A stretch of DNA of 64,000 nt from a virus. Below, in pieces: positions 1-9,679 of this stretch. Each line of letters begins with the position of its first letter. Within the stretch, counting starts at the first letter, position 1. Below the pieces are notes generated by a model that did no database searches, had not been told where the DNA came from, and saw nothing but the letters and a program-made list of their open reading frames with translations. The DNA is taken from the IMG/VR virus record IMGVR_UViG_3300008117_000001. One strand, given 5' to 3'. Position numbers and translations under genes: made by a program.

Positions 1-1
1 A

Positions 2-268
2 CTGGATTATATAGAGCAAGGAGAAGCTCATTATGTTATGGCTATAAACTCAGGAGTGGCGCCAGAGCAGGCTAGACTTTTCCTCCCTGCGTATGGCATG
101 TATGTCATATATAGATGGTCATGTAGTCTTCAGTCAATAGCATTGTTTCTTTCTCAAAGACTAGCCGAAGACTCGCAAAAAGAAATACAATTATACGCTG
201 CGGCGGTTAGGGATTTAGTTATAGATAAGTTTCCTGTTTCAATACCACTACTTGTTGGCGAGTTATGA
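2..268 (+). CDS. thyX: FAD-dependent thymidylate synthase, C-terminal part (truncated by window start)
   Basis: Frame open from nt 2; GVAPEQARLFLP..Y..W.CSLQSIALFLSQRL..DSQKEIQ matches the ThyX C-terminus. Confidence 0.85.
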   Translation: MDYIEQGEAHYVMAINSGVAPEQARLFLPAYGMYVIYRWSCSLQSIALFLSQRLAEDSQKEIQLYAAAVRDLVIDKFPVSIPLLVGEL

Positions 269-438
269 TAGCTGTAGAAATATTAAAGTTGTTAATATTT
301 TCTTTTCTACTTAATTGGTGTATATCATTACAGATATTCCAACAATCATTAGATGGATCTAGAAGAAAAGAGAAAATTGTAGCGGTAGTTCTTGGTATTA
401 TTGCGGGCGCTATTGCTGGTGGGTTATTAGTATGGTAG
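265..438 (+). CDS. small membrane protein (57 aa)
   Basis: Own translation MIAVEILKLLIFSFLLNWC...IVAVVLGIIAGAIAGGLLVW; two hydrophobic segments; ATGA overlap with thyX stop. Confidence 0.65.
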   Translation: MIAVEILKLLIFSFLLNWCISLQIFQQSLDGSRRKEKIVAVVLGIIAGAIAGGLLVW

Positions 439-902
439 TTGATTTCGTATCAAGAAAAGATTTTCAGTACATGAATTTATGTATAGAAATATCTAAAATA
501 TTTTCTACATGCGCTAAAAGAAAATACTCTGCAATACTAGTCGATGACCTTGGTCATGTTGTTGGTATGGGCTATAATGGTGGGGCCAGTGGCCTTAAGC
601 ACTGTGAAGATGGCGGGTGCCCAAGATATTTAGAGAATTCACCAAATGGTTCAATATATGATAATTGCATAGCTGTGCACGCAGAAGCTAACGCCCTTCT
701 TCATTCAGATTATTCTGCAAGACCGAAAAAGATGTATGTCAATGGACCGCCATGCTTCTCTTGTGCAAAGCTAATTGCAAATTCAACAGTTGAAACTGTA
801 TACTATATTTCCGATACCTCGTACAGCAATTGGTGTGAGGTTAGGGAGTTTTTGAAAAAATGCTCAGTAAAAACTATAGAGGTAAAAAGTGCCAGCAGCT
901 AA
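432..902 (+). CDS. dCMP deaminase (ComEB/DCD-type)
   Basis: STCAKR, GYNG, HAEANA and PCFSC zinc-deaminase motifs. Confidence 0.9.
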   Translation: MVVDFVSRKDFQYMNLCIEISKIFSTCAKRKYSAILVDDLGHVVGMGYNGGASGLKHCEDGGCPRYLENSPNGSIYDNCIAVHAEANALLHSDYSARPKKMYVNGPPCFSCAKLIANSTVETVYYISDTSYSNWCEVREFLKKCSVKTIEVKSASS

Positions 903-1095
903 GCTAAACTATATTTTAGTCTACAAAGATCACAGCCAAGTATACGGTTGTTCTTCAAAAAAAATTGCAATAGAAAGTCCACCACCAGAGGGTTATTCTG
1001 TAGATGATAAAAATGTTTTCTTTATTACATTTGAACCAGATACAGATAGCATAAGTATACATAAAGTAAATAACCAGGAAGAAAGTAATGAGTAA
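889..1095 (+). CDS. hypothetical protein
   Basis: 68 aa ORF overlapping both neighbours in operon fashion. Confidence 0.6.
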   Translation: MPAAKLNYILVYKDHSQVYGCSSKKIAIESPPPEGYSVDDKNVFFITFEPDTDSISIHKVNNQEESNE

Positions 1096-1321
1096 GAAAC
1101 AATCATATAAGAAAAAAATTAGTCTGAAATTAAATGTGGACGAAACAGCCATTGTTATTCCATATGATGTGGCTTTGCATATAGCAGAGACCTACGATTT
1201 TGTTTCCATGGAAACAGAAGAAGAGCACGTGCAATACTACAAAGATGTTGCAGACTTGGTTAGGGCACAGGCAAGTGAGAATCGCCACGAGTTTCAAGAT
1301 GATGAATATGAAGAATGGTGA
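1088..1321 (+). CDS. hypothetical protein
   Basis: 77 aa ORF, coupled to neighbours. Confidence 0.6.
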   Translation: MSKKQSYKKKISLKLNVDETAIVIPYDVALHIAETYDFVSMETEEEHVQYYKDVADLVRAQASENRHEFQDDEYEEW

Positions 1322-1571
1322 AAAGTTAACTTTTTTGTTGGTAATGTTTGCTATTGGCTCCGTCATTGGCAAGTCTCATTCTAGAAAAAAGCTCATAGAA
1401 AAAATTAATGAACCAAATATTGGGCAATATCTAAATAGATTAATTGAATTTTACGATTCAAATACAATAGATATAGTTGAGGATGAGTTCCTTAATTTAG
1501 TCGATTTTGGTATGAGTCCCAAAAACGCCTTCAGTGCAATCACAAATATTGAAAGAGTAAACAATGATTGA
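1308..1571 (+). CDS. hypothetical protein with N-terminal hydrophobic anchor
   Basis: Distal part of the 1200..1571 ORF; likely start MKNGEKLTFLLVMFAIGSVIG (start uncertain). Confidence 0.55.
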   Translation: MKNGEKLTFLLVMFAIGSVIGKSHSRKKLIEKINEPNIGQYLNRLIEFYDSNTIDIVEDEFLNLVDFGMSPKNAFSAITNIERVNND

Positions 1572-2355
1572 TTTATGTGTAGTTAACTATAATACAAGAC
1601 CATTATTGAATAGGTTTTTAGACTGCCTTCATAATGATCTTCATAACCATCCTAGAGTTTGGAATCTTTACATTGCAGATAATGATTCTACGGACGATAG
1701 TGTAGACTGGCTAAAGTATAATTATCAAAGATATAGAATTAGGAAATTCTATCAAAACTATAATATTGGTTACTCCGCCGCATGCAATCAGTTAGCAGCT
1801 GAGGGTTCATCTGACATTATCTGCTTACTGAACGCTGACGTATGGATGGATAATGAAAACTTGGTTAAAGTAGCAAATATTTTTGATGAGAATCCAGATA
1901 TTCATATTCTAGGTCCTAAACAGAGAGACGAAAACGGTCTCATCACGCATGCCGGTATTATTGGCACCAATACGGCACCAAAGCATCGTGGCTGGCGTCA
2001 AAGCGATTTTAATGATGAATTATATAGAGATAGAATTAATTGCGTTACAGTATCTGGATCTGCATATTTTATTCGTCGTGAAGTATGGAATGCACTGACA
2101 AATCATCCAAAGTATCGAGAAATGTATCCTGATGCAACTGGCGCATTCCTTCCTACACCGCATTATTATGAAGAAACCTGGTGCTCTTACTTTGCTAGAC
2201 ATCTAGGTTATAACGTAGTCTATGATGGAAGCGTTTCTATTGGTCATAGCTGGCACAAATCATCTGCCGTAGGCGGAGAGGCTGATTCCAAATTCAAAGA
2301 AAGTCAATCAATATTTCGTAAAGCTTGCGACTATATGGGAATAGAAAGAGATTAA
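1564..2355 (+). CDS. glycosyltransferase family 2
   Basis: VVNYN, DNDSTDDS, NIGYSAACN, LLNADV, VSGSAYFIRR, YYEET GT-A motifs. Confidence 0.9.
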   Translation: MIDLCVVNYNTRPLLNRFLDCLHNDLHNHPRVWNLYIADNDSTDDSVDWLKYNYQRYRIRKFYQNYNIGYSAACNQLAAEGSSDIICLLNADVWMDNENLVKVANIFDENPDIHILGPKQRDENGLITHAGIIGTNTAPKHRGWRQSDFNDELYRDRINCVTVSGSAYFIRREVWNALTNHPKYREMYPDATGAFLPTPHYYEETWCSYFARHLGYNVVYDGSVSIGHSWHKSSAVGGEADSKFKESQSIFRKACDYMGIERD

Positions 2356-2356
2356 T

Positions 2357-3244
2357 TTGCCACTAAAGACATATGGCTCATTATTTTCTGGTGTTGGTGG
2401 TATAGATTTAGGGTTAGATTCCGCTAAATTAGAGTGTGCATTTCAGGTTGAAATAGATGAAAACTGTCAACAAACTCTAAAATATCATTGGCCTCATGTT
2501 GCACTTTATGGAGACATAAAAAATATTAAAGGCTATGAATTGCCATTCGTTGATCTAATTGCCTTCGGTTCGCCATGTCAAGATCTATCTACTGCGGGAG
2601 GGAAAAGCGGTCTGCTTGGCAGTAAGTCAGTCTTATTCTATGAAGCTGTTAGGGTAATAAAAGAAATGAGAGAAAAATCAAATGGAGAATATCCAAAATG
2701 GACAATCTGGGAAAATGTCACAGGATCCCTGTCATCTAACTCAGGCTCAGATTTCAAGCAAGTTCTCTGGCAAATGGATGAAGCAGGGGCGCTTTTCAGC
2801 GAATGGGCAGTTTTGGATGCTAGATACTTTGGAGTGCCCCAGCGACGTAGAAGAATCTATTTGCTCTCTGTCTTTGATCCTGCAATCGCGGGAAGATGTC
2901 CTGATAAAATATTACCTATCAAAGAAAGCAGCTCAGGGAATCTTGCGAAGAATACTAAGGGAAAACAAGACGATGCCACAGAACTTGCTAGCTGCCTTAG
3001 AAGCGGTGGCCAAGGAGGAATCCCCTCAAGTAGAGGGGAAAATCTAGTATTAGAGGAGTCCTTACAAAAAGTACGTAGATTAACACCTCTTGAGTGCGAA
3101 AGACTTATGGGCTGGAACGATAACCATACAATTTATAGAGCGGACGGAAAAGAGAATTCAGATAACGCAAGATATAAAATGTGTGGCAACGGTGCAGTTA
3201 GCCCAGTTATAAAATGGATAGCAGAAAAAATAATTAACATATAA
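2357..3244 (+). CDS. C5 cytosine DNA methyltransferase (TTG start)
   Basis: Motifs I FSGVGG, IV GSPCQD, VI ENV, VIII QRRRRIY, IX RRLTPLECERLMG, X GNGAV. Confidence 0.93.
   Translation: MPLKTYGSLFSGVGGIDLGLDSAKLECAFQVEIDENCQQTLKYHWPHVALYGDIKNIKGYELPFVDLIAFGSPCQDLSTAGGKSGLLGSKSVLFYEAVRVIKEMREKSNGEYPKWTIWENVTGSLSSNSGSDFKQVLWQMDEAGALFSEWAVLDARYFGVPQRRRRIYLLSVFDPAIAGRCPDKILPIKESSSGNLAKNTKGKQDDATELASCLRSGGQGGIPSSRGENLVLEESLQKVRRLTPLECERLMGWNDNHTIYRADGKENSDNARYKMCGNGAVSPVIKWIAEKIINI
2682..3047 (+). CDS. alternative-frame ORF nested in the MTase; resembles the M.EcoHK31I beta polypeptide
   Basis: GQFWMLDTLECPSDVEESICSLSLILQ...KYYLSKKAAQGILRR..RENKTMPQNLLAAL resembles the recalled beta-subunit family; not searched. 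Confidence 0.55.
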   Translation: MENIQNGQSGKMSQDPCHLTQAQISSKFSGKWMKQGRFSANGQFWMLDTLECPSDVEESICSLSLILQSREDVLIKYYLSKKAAQGILRRILRENKTMPQNLLAALEAVAKEESPQVEGKI

Positions 3245-3257
3245 AAAAGGAATTGAT

Positions 3258-3656
3258 ATGAAAGATAAATTAAACCCCTGGATTTACAATGCAGAGGTCA
3301 AGAAGACAATTGATGGTGATACCTTCGATATTGTTATTGATCTTGGTTTTGATGTTTTGAAGAAAGGTAGAGTTCGCCTTTATGGAGTTAATACTCCAGA
3401 GAGTCGCACTTCCAATATTGAAGAAAAGAAAATGGGCTTAGCCGCAAAAGAATTTACTGATCAATGGTTGACAGCTGCAAATCATAAGGTTAAGATAGAA
3501 ACTATCATTGACAAGAACGAAAAGTATGGAAGAGTTCTAGCAAAAGTATGGAATGAAGCCGGAGAGTGTCTCAATGATGCTATAATAGCTTCTGGTCTAG
3601 CCAGAGAATACTTTGGTGTAGGCGACAAAACATTTACTGAATTCAAAAAGGATTAA
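3258..3656 (+). CDS. thermonuclease (SNase-like)
   Basis: IDGDT, VRLYGVNTPE, KYGRVLA motifs. Confidence 0.9.
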   Translation: MKDKLNPWIYNAEVKKTIDGDTFDIVIDLGFDVLKKGRVRLYGVNTPESRTSNIEEKKMGLAAKEFTDQWLTAANHKVKIETIIDKNEKYGRVLAKVWNEAGECLNDAIIASGLAREYFGVGDKTFTEFKKD

Positions 3657-3657
3657 A

Positions 3658-4077
3658 GTGCAAACATTCTTACCTTATGCTGATTTCCAAAAGTCAGTAG
3701 AAGTATTAGACTACCGTAGATTGGGGAAACAACGTGTTGAGACATTTCAAGTTCTTAATATTTTACTTGAGAGAACGCCTACGAAAGGTTGGCGAAATCA
3801 TCCAGTCACGTTAATGTGGACTGGCTATGAGTCTGCCTTGAAGTTGTATCAAAATATAACTATTAGAGAGTGGATTCGCAGAGGGTATAATAATAACATG
3901 TCTTATGAAGAGATAGATCCAGGCACTGTGGTTATGCCAGTTTGGTTTGGCGATGAACAGTTCCACAGATCACACAGATCAAATCTCCTTCGAAAAGATT
4001 TCAAATATTATTCACAATACTTTGATGAACCAAATGATCTAGAATATTACTGGCCAGGAGCAACGTATGCCGCTTAA
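3658..4077 (+). CDS. pyrimidine-dimer DNA glycosylase-like (MSMEG_6728 family)
   Basis: MQTFLPY, RLGKQRVE, GWRNHP, HRSHRSNLLRKD, YYWP. Confidence 0.85.
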   Translation: MQTFLPYADFQKSVEVLDYRRLGKQRVETFQVLNILLERTPTKGWRNHPVTLMWTGYESALKLYQNITIREWIRRGYNNNMSYEEIDPGTVVMPVWFGDEQFHRSHRSNLLRKDFKYYSQYFDEPNDLEYYWPGATYAA

Positions 4078-4471
4078 AATATTTTTGTCTGGAGCCATAG
4101 AAGGCGTAGAAGAGTATGGTCGTAGTTGGAGAAAATCTGCTACTGAAAAGCTTCATCTTTTTGGCTATGATGTATTAGACCCCACTTTAATTTTTGATAA
4201 AGAATATGAAACTCCAGAAGAAATTGTTGAAAAAAATTTGTTTCTACAACGTAGAGCAGATATAATACTTGTCGAATATATGATAAAAGATCGCCCATAT
4301 ATAGGAACTGATTTTGAGTTAGCTTGGGCTAAATTCAATAATCAGCCAGCAGTAGTTTTCTGCTGTGACGCAAATAAAGATAGGGTTTATTTGAAATATA
4401 TGGCCACAAAGCTTGCACTATCAATGCAAGATGCGATAGAATATATCGCAGTCAATTATCCATCAAATTAA
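4067..4471 (+). CDS. nucleoside 2-deoxyribosyltransferase-like protein
   Basis: IFLSGAI..WR..VLDP...ADIIL...IGTDFELAWA. Confidence 0.75.
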   Translation: MPLKIFLSGAIEGVEEYGRSWRKSATEKLHLFGYDVLDPTLIFDKEYETPEEIVEKNLFLQRRADIILVEYMIKDRPYIGTDFELAWAKFNNQPAVVFCCDANKDRVYLKYMATKLALSMQDAIEYIAVNYPSN

Positions 4472-4485
4472 CGAAAGGTAATACA

Positions 4486-4680
4486 ATGTCAGATAATAAG
4501 TTGAAGTATTTCACAGTAACAGCAACCTCAATCGTCAAGGCTAATAATAAGACCGAGGCGGAAAAGCTTGCAATGTCGACTGGTCGTCGTCCAGTTGGAG
4601 TTGCTGGAGAGGTAATCTTCAAGGACGTTGAGATCGAGCGCATTTCGGCTGTTGAGGCCCACGATCAGCTCGTCGGCTGA
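4486..4680 (+). CDS. hypothetical protein
   Basis: 64 aa ORF, GC-richer than neighbours, SD-like AAAGG upstream. Confidence 0.65.
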   Translation: MSDNKLKYFTVTATSIVKANNKTEAEKLAMSTGRRPVGVAGEVIFKDVEIERISAVEAHDQLVG

Positions 4681-4706
4681 GTAGTTCAGCAAACGTATTT
4701 GTTTAT

Positions 4707-4742
4707 GCTTGAGGGGGAGAGATCCCCCTCAAGCTACTTTTA
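4707..4742 (+). terminator. intrinsic terminator
   Basis: 12-bp stem gcttgaggggga/tccccctcaagc, GAGA tetraloop, followed by tactttt. Confidence 0.7.
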
Positions 4743-4757
4743 AAGATTGGATATTTT

Positions 4758-5450
4758 ATGATAATAGCTCAAATGATAGGCAAAAATGAATCTGATAGAT
4801 TCTTAGAAAACGTTCTAGAAAGACTGTCTTCACAGGTTGATAAAATTATTTTTACTGATGACTGTTCCGATGACAACACTCCGGAAATAGCATCAAAGTA
4901 TGCCGAGGTGTTTCAGAGTCCAGAGCCCTTATTCCGAGTACATGAGGGTAAGCTCAGAGCATTTGCTTGGTCAAATTTGGAAAAGTTTGCTTCTGTTGGC
5001 GACTGGATTGTTGCTATAGATTGCGACGAAATGTTATATCACGTAAATGATTTACCTATAAGAGATGTATTGGCTCAATCGCCAAATGATATTGTCAATG
5101 TTAGATTTTATCATATGTGGAACGAATCTCAGTATAGAGTAGACAAATTGTGGGCGCCTAATAATAGCTCAAGAATTTTTAGATTCCTTCCTAACGGCGG
5201 CTTTGCCGACAGACAGCTTGCTTGCGGATCGGAACCAACGTATGTCGTTGACTGGGTTCGACAAAGAAACTGGTGGCTAAACTCAGGTTTAGTTATGCAG
5301 CACTTGGGATACATAAAGGATTCAGACAAGAAAGATAAGTATTCAAGATATTCAGAAATAGATGGTGGCAAATATCATAACGGAGATCACATCAACTCAA
5401 TATTGGACGAAAGCCCAGTCTTAATTGACTGGGGTACGTTTGGAATTTAA
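4758..5450 (+). CDS. glycosyltransferase family 2
   Basis: KNESDRFL, FTDDCSDDNT, WIVAIDCDE (DxD), QHLGY. Confidence 0.85.
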   Translation: MIIAQMIGKNESDRFLENVLERLSSQVDKIIFTDDCSDDNTPEIASKYAEVFQSPEPLFRVHEGKLRAFAWSNLEKFASVGDWIVAIDCDEMLYHVNDLPIRDVLAQSPNDIVNVRFYHMWNESQYRVDKLWAPNNSSRIFRFLPNGGFADRQLACGSEPTYVVDWVRQRNWWLNSGLVMQHLGYIKDSDKKDKYSRYSEIDGGKYHNGDHINSILDESPVLIDWGTFGI

Positions 5451-5462
5451 TTAGGAGAAAAA

Positions 5463-6104
5463 ATGACTTGTCTAAATCCAGCTGAATCAATAACTAATCT
5501 AACTTTAGCGTTAGAAAAACACAAAAAGTTTTCTTATATTAATGTAACTAAGTCTGCAATTATTGCACTTAGTAAGAATTCTGATAACTCTTTTCCATCT
5601 CATTTTGCAAAAAGCGTCATAGCTTCATTGAAGAACAACGATCCGATGATGATGAAGGCTATATCTCACTCGTTAGTTTCTGATATAGAAGATGGAAAGC
5701 ATTATAAGATAGGCCTACATAAGAATGGTACATATTACTATTCAAATATTTTTGAATATTATTATATGAACAATAAAGATGTTTATAATTCAACCGTGAA
5801 TTATTACATAAAAAACTCACCAAGTGTTGTAATCACTTTCCATGATAAAAAGCTAATACAAAAACATTTTGGCAATAGTGCCCACATAATCAACGTTGCA
5901 TATACAAACTATTACGAAAAGCTAGATAACATATATGCCCAGTTGACAGAGTTTGAAGGCGGAGTAGATTACTGCATCATGGATTGCGGAGTGCTTGGTT
6001 TGGCGCTTGCTTCCAAAATTTGGGATAATCTAAATATGTCAATATTAGATTTTGGCAAAACATTAAGTTTGAGCAAGACTCCTCAAACAGTAAGTGTGGC
6101 ATGA
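5463..6104 (+). CDS. GT-D-fold glycosyltransferase-like protein
   Basis: DYCIMDCGVLGLALASKIW..LDFGK resembles GT-D (DUF1792-like) C-terminus. Confidence 0.5.
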   Translation: MTCLNPAESITNLTLALEKHKKFSYINVTKSAIIALSKNSDNSFPSHFAKSVIASLKNNDPMMMKAISHSLVSDIEDGKHYKIGLHKNGTYYYSNIFEYYYMNNKDVYNSTVNYYIKNSPSVVITFHDKKLIQKHFGNSAHIINVAYTNYYEKLDNIYAQLTEFEGGVDYCIMDCGVLGLALASKIWDNLNMSILDFGKTLSLSKTPQTVSVA

Positions 6105-6757
6105 AAAAAGAATACAAAAAGCTAGAAGAAGATGACATAGAATTCCTTACTGATCTTCTTTTTGATACGTCTTTATCTGTTAGCGAAATCGCAAAGCAAT
6201 TAAATGTCTCTATAGCTGAAGTTAATAAAAAAATCAATTCTCTTGGTTTATCTTGGTTAAAAAACTCTAGAAAAAAAATGTCTAGAGGCCAAACAGCTCT
6301 GACTTTAATTATGAAAAAGCTCCTTCCTGGAGAAGAAATTATTAACGAATATCATATTGGTGACAAGTTAAAGTTTGATGTATTTTGTGCTAAGTATAAA
6401 ATAGCGGCAGAGTATCATGGCAGACAGCACTTTTACTACACTAGTAGATTTTTTGAGTCAAAGTATGATTTTGAACAAGCTAAAAAAAGAGATGAAAAAA
6501 AAGTCCAGTATTGCCTAGATAATGGAATAGCTCTAATAGTTTTTAGGTACAATGATCTGCTAACTGAGCAGGCTGTATATGATAGAATGTTAACAGCAAT
6601 AAGAGAAACTGATCATGTTTCAAAGCCAGTTCACAAGACTTCCATAAAGTCTAATCCAGCTTATCAAGAAGCAAAAAAGAAAAATTCTGAGTACAAGAAA
6701 AAACTATACAGAAAAATAAAAGGTTCAAAAATTGATGATCGCAGAAGAAGTACCTGA
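6101..6757 (+). CDS. HTH plus DUF559/Vsr-like endonuclease
   Basis: LSVSEIAKQLNVS HTH; KFDVF, AEYHGRQH, RDEKKVQYC. Confidence 0.75.
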   Translation: MKKEYKKLEEDDIEFLTDLLFDTSLSVSEIAKQLNVSIAEVNKKINSLGLSWLKNSRKKMSRGQTALTLIMKKLLPGEEIINEYHIGDKLKFDVFCAKYKIAAEYHGRQHFYYTSRFFESKYDFEQAKKRDEKKVQYCLDNGIALIVFRYNDLLTEQAVYDRMLTAIRETDHVSKPVHKTSIKSNPAYQEAKKKNSEYKKKLYRKIKGSKIDDRRRST

Positions 6758-8195
6758 TCTAGAAAAGTCACCGATAGAGTATCATGCGTTCTCATTATGC
6801 CTTAAGCAGCCTGGGGCTGTACAATTCTTTAATGACAATCTTCCTAGTGACATAGTAGGAATTATTCATGGAGAAAAAGGCGTACATGAGTTTTATGAAG
6901 CGTTGCTGGGATTCTATCGTGCCACGGCATTAGATGTAGTAGATCCTGTAGCATTTAAAGTTTGGCTTCAGTCAGAAACAGATATTTATAATGCTCTTGG
7001 TGGCGACACCGGACTATCAATCATGCTTGACTTTGTTCTTGGTATTGATGTTGGAAGTAAGGAGTCTGTTTTAGAGCTAATTAAGCACAAAGCAAATAAG
7101 CGAAAACAGATAAATTATCTACAAGAACTACAGATACTAATAAACAAAAAGGGCCTTAAGTCTGAAGAAGATACCTCAAGAATATCAGAGTTAACTTCAA
7201 AGATTAAAGACTTGGAAAACTCTATAAAGTACAATCCATTTGATAAGCTAACCACTGCTTCAGATATTATGTCTAGGGCGGATGATCTGCTCGATATACC
7301 AAGCTTTATGCCAACGCAATTTAAGGCTCTAAATAAAGCAATGGGTTATACTGAAGATGGTGGATTTTTTAAGGGAGCTGTTCATGCAATCATTGCTCCA
7401 TCAGGAAAAGGCAAAAGTACATTTGCAAAGTGTTTGGCCAATCATTGGTTAGACACTGGTCATAGAGTTCTGTATGTAAATTTCGAAGAAGCTGTTGGCC
7501 ACTGGGAAAGAATATTGATGACCCAGATTATAGGTAAGAATGTATATTCTGAAGCGGAAAAGTGGTCAGAAAAAGAAAAGCTAGATTACATATCTATTTT
7601 TAAGTCTAGATTAGAAAAATGGGGTGATCGCCTTATGGTTAGGCATGACCCTGATACCCCATATTTTGAGGATCTGGAATTTTGGCTTAGAGATTTAATA
7701 GGCCATGCAGACAAGGTTCCTGATGTTTTGATCATCGACACAATACAGTCGATGTTTACCAGAGGCAATGGAAAAGGCAAGCCACGATGGGGCGAATTTG
7801 AAGAGATGATGGTTAAGCTGGAAAAGCTAGCTAGAGATATGAATTGCGCTCTAATAATAACTGCGCAAGAAAACGCCAATCGAATGAAAGAAAGAAGAGA
7901 GGTTGTCCAGCAATCTGACACTGGTGGCTCTCTTGCTATTCAGCAAAAGTGTGCAGTAACTATCTTTATCACCGAAAAACGTTTGGCGACCCAAGATGAA
8001 ACCGAAGATGAGAATATCATGCAGCTGCAGATACCAAAGAATAGAATAACTGGTTCTGCTTTTCTTTATGATCCACCATTGGTTCGTTATAATGATGAAA
8101 AGAAAATATATGAAGACTATCAAGTTGTTGATGAAAATTCATATACTGAAAGTACAGATTTGCAAGATCTGCTTAATGGAGAAGGATTTGATTGA
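6732..8195 (+). CDS. DnaB-like SF4 replicative helicase
   Basis: Walker A APSGKGKST, YVNFEE, Walker B VLIIDTIQ, ITAQEN, QIPKNR. Confidence 0.88.
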   Translation: MMIAEEVPDLEKSPIEYHAFSLCLKQPGAVQFFNDNLPSDIVGIIHGEKGVHEFYEALLGFYRATALDVVDPVAFKVWLQSETDIYNALGGDTGLSIMLDFVLGIDVGSKESVLELIKHKANKRKQINYLQELQILINKKGLKSEEDTSRISELTSKIKDLENSIKYNPFDKLTTASDIMSRADDLLDIPSFMPTQFKALNKAMGYTEDGGFFKGAVHAIIAPSGKGKSTFAKCLANHWLDTGHRVLYVNFEEAVGHWERILMTQIIGKNVYSEAEKWSEKEKLDYISIFKSRLEKWGDRLMVRHDPDTPYFEDLEFWLRDLIGHADKVPDVLIIDTIQSMFTRGNGKGKPRWGEFEEMMVKLEKLARDMNCALIITAQENANRMKERREVVQQSDTGGSLAIQQKCAVTIFITEKRLATQDETEDENIMQLQIPKNRITGSAFLYDPPLVRYNDEKKIYEDYQVVDENSYTESTDLQDLLNGEGFD

Positions 8196-8980
8196 TGTTA
8201 GATTTAACTACTGATTCAATAAAAGACTTTCAAACTTGTGAAAGATTATATGATTATAGGTATCAGGAAAAACTTCCAGAGACAATTTACTCTAGAGATC
8301 TTTATACATTGAAGTTTGAAAATAGTTTAAAGAGTATAATAAATTTTTTTTGGTTTAAAAAACAAGCGGGGATTACACCTTCTTATTCTTCTCTTCTAAA
8401 TAGATGGGAAAAAATCTGGTTTCCAAAAGATACAACCCATTATGATCTAATGACAGAGCAGCATGAAAGTGCATACGGCAATATGTCGAGCTTAACTACA
8501 CAGGCAGCAAATACTCTTCTTAATTTTCACGACACATATAGTCAACTAGACGCAATTCCAATTTCTATTGGGGATGAATACGTTGTGACTGTAGATAAAA
8601 CGGTGAGAATACATGATAAATTTGATTTAATATACAGACATGCTGGACAAAATTATGTTGTTAAATTCATTTTTAATTACAAAAACAGTTATAGGCAGAT
8701 CTATCAAGTTGATTTTTCTTCAATGTATTTAGCTTTTAAAAATCTTCATTCTGAAAAGCTGTCATCAACAAAGTTTGGTTATGTAGATTTAATGTCTACT
8801 AATTTAAAATTTAATGAATACGAAATAACTGAACAGGATATTGAGTCAATTAATTATTGGTGCGCTACAATAGAAGACAAAGATATTTTTGCACCTAGAA
8901 GAGGTTTAACGTATTATTGCAAAAAGTGCCCATTTGATACACCTTGTTCAAAATGGTCTTTCCCAAGTCAAGTAAAGTAA
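8192..8980 (+). CDS. PD-(D/E)XK RecB/Cas4-like protein, probably catalytically degenerate
   Basis: N-terminal FQTCERLYDYRY and C-terminal CKKCPFDTPC; the D..DxK core is replaced by KFDLI..VVKF. Confidence 0.65.
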   Translation: MMLDLTTDSIKDFQTCERLYDYRYQEKLPETIYSRDLYTLKFENSLKSIINFFWFKKQAGITPSYSSLLNRWEKIWFPKDTTHYDLMTEQHESAYGNMSSLTTQAANTLLNFHDTYSQLDAIPISIGDEYVVTVDKTVRIHDKFDLIYRHAGQNYVVKFIFNYKNSYRQIYQVDFSSMYLAFKNLHSEKLSSTKFGYVDLMSTNLKFNEYEITEQDIESINYWCATIEDKDIFAPRRGLTYYCKKCPFDTPCSKWSFPSQVK

Positions 8981-9001
8981 AGGTAAAGTGAGTATTGTAT
9001 T

Positions 9002-9679
9002 ATGGCTAAAAATTTCTTAGATGAAATTCTAAAAGAAGATAAAAAAAGTGTTTTTGAAACAGAAAACGACGTATTGAATCAACTGATAGATGAGATAAAT
9101 CTAATTACTGATGACGCAATAGTTTCTTTTGTTAGGTCTGTTTTATTGAAAGCAGAAATTTTTTGGGACATTCCTTCTAGTTTTTCTGGAAAGTATCATC
9201 CAGCAGATGAGCATGGTCATGGTGGCAATGTCCTGCACACAAAAAGAGTAGTCAGAGTTGCTTGCATTTTAGCTGATTCTTATTCTTTATCAGATGATGA
9301 AAGAAATGTAATCATAGCTGCATGCTTGCTTCATGATGTAACTAAGGGTATTCCGGATTTTAATGATCCATCTTCTTTTCACTATGACCCAATGCACCCT
9401 TATACGGTGGCTAAATTTGTGCAGAACTGCCAGATGTATGATAAAGAATATGGAAATGATTCCCAGTCAACAAGTCTGTTTATAGCAGAAGAGTCTATAC
9501 AGGCGATACTAAGACTAGTTAGGTGCCACCTAGGGCCATGGTCTCCGGTTCCAGAAACATATCCAATTACGTACCTAGATTATATTGTGCACATTGCTGA
9601 TAATATAGCAAGTAAGATCCATACAGTTATAGAAGATAGTGAGCTTATAAATGAAAAATGGAGAAAGCAAGCTGACTAA
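9002..9679 (+). CDS. HD-domain phosphohydrolase
   Basis: KYHP..GGNVLHTKRV, CLLHDVTK, CHLGPW, VHIAD. Confidence 0.85.
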   Translation: MAKNFLDEILKEDKKSVFETENDVLNQLIDEINLITDDAIVSFVRSVLLKAEIFWDIPSSFSGKYHPADEHGHGGNVLHTKRVVRVACILADSYSLSDDERNVIIAACLLHDVTKGIPDFNDPSSFHYDPMHPYTVAKFVQNCQMYDKEYGNDSQSTSLFIAEESIQAILRLVRCHLGPWSPVPETYPITYLDYIVHIADNIASKIHTVIEDSELINEKWRKQAD

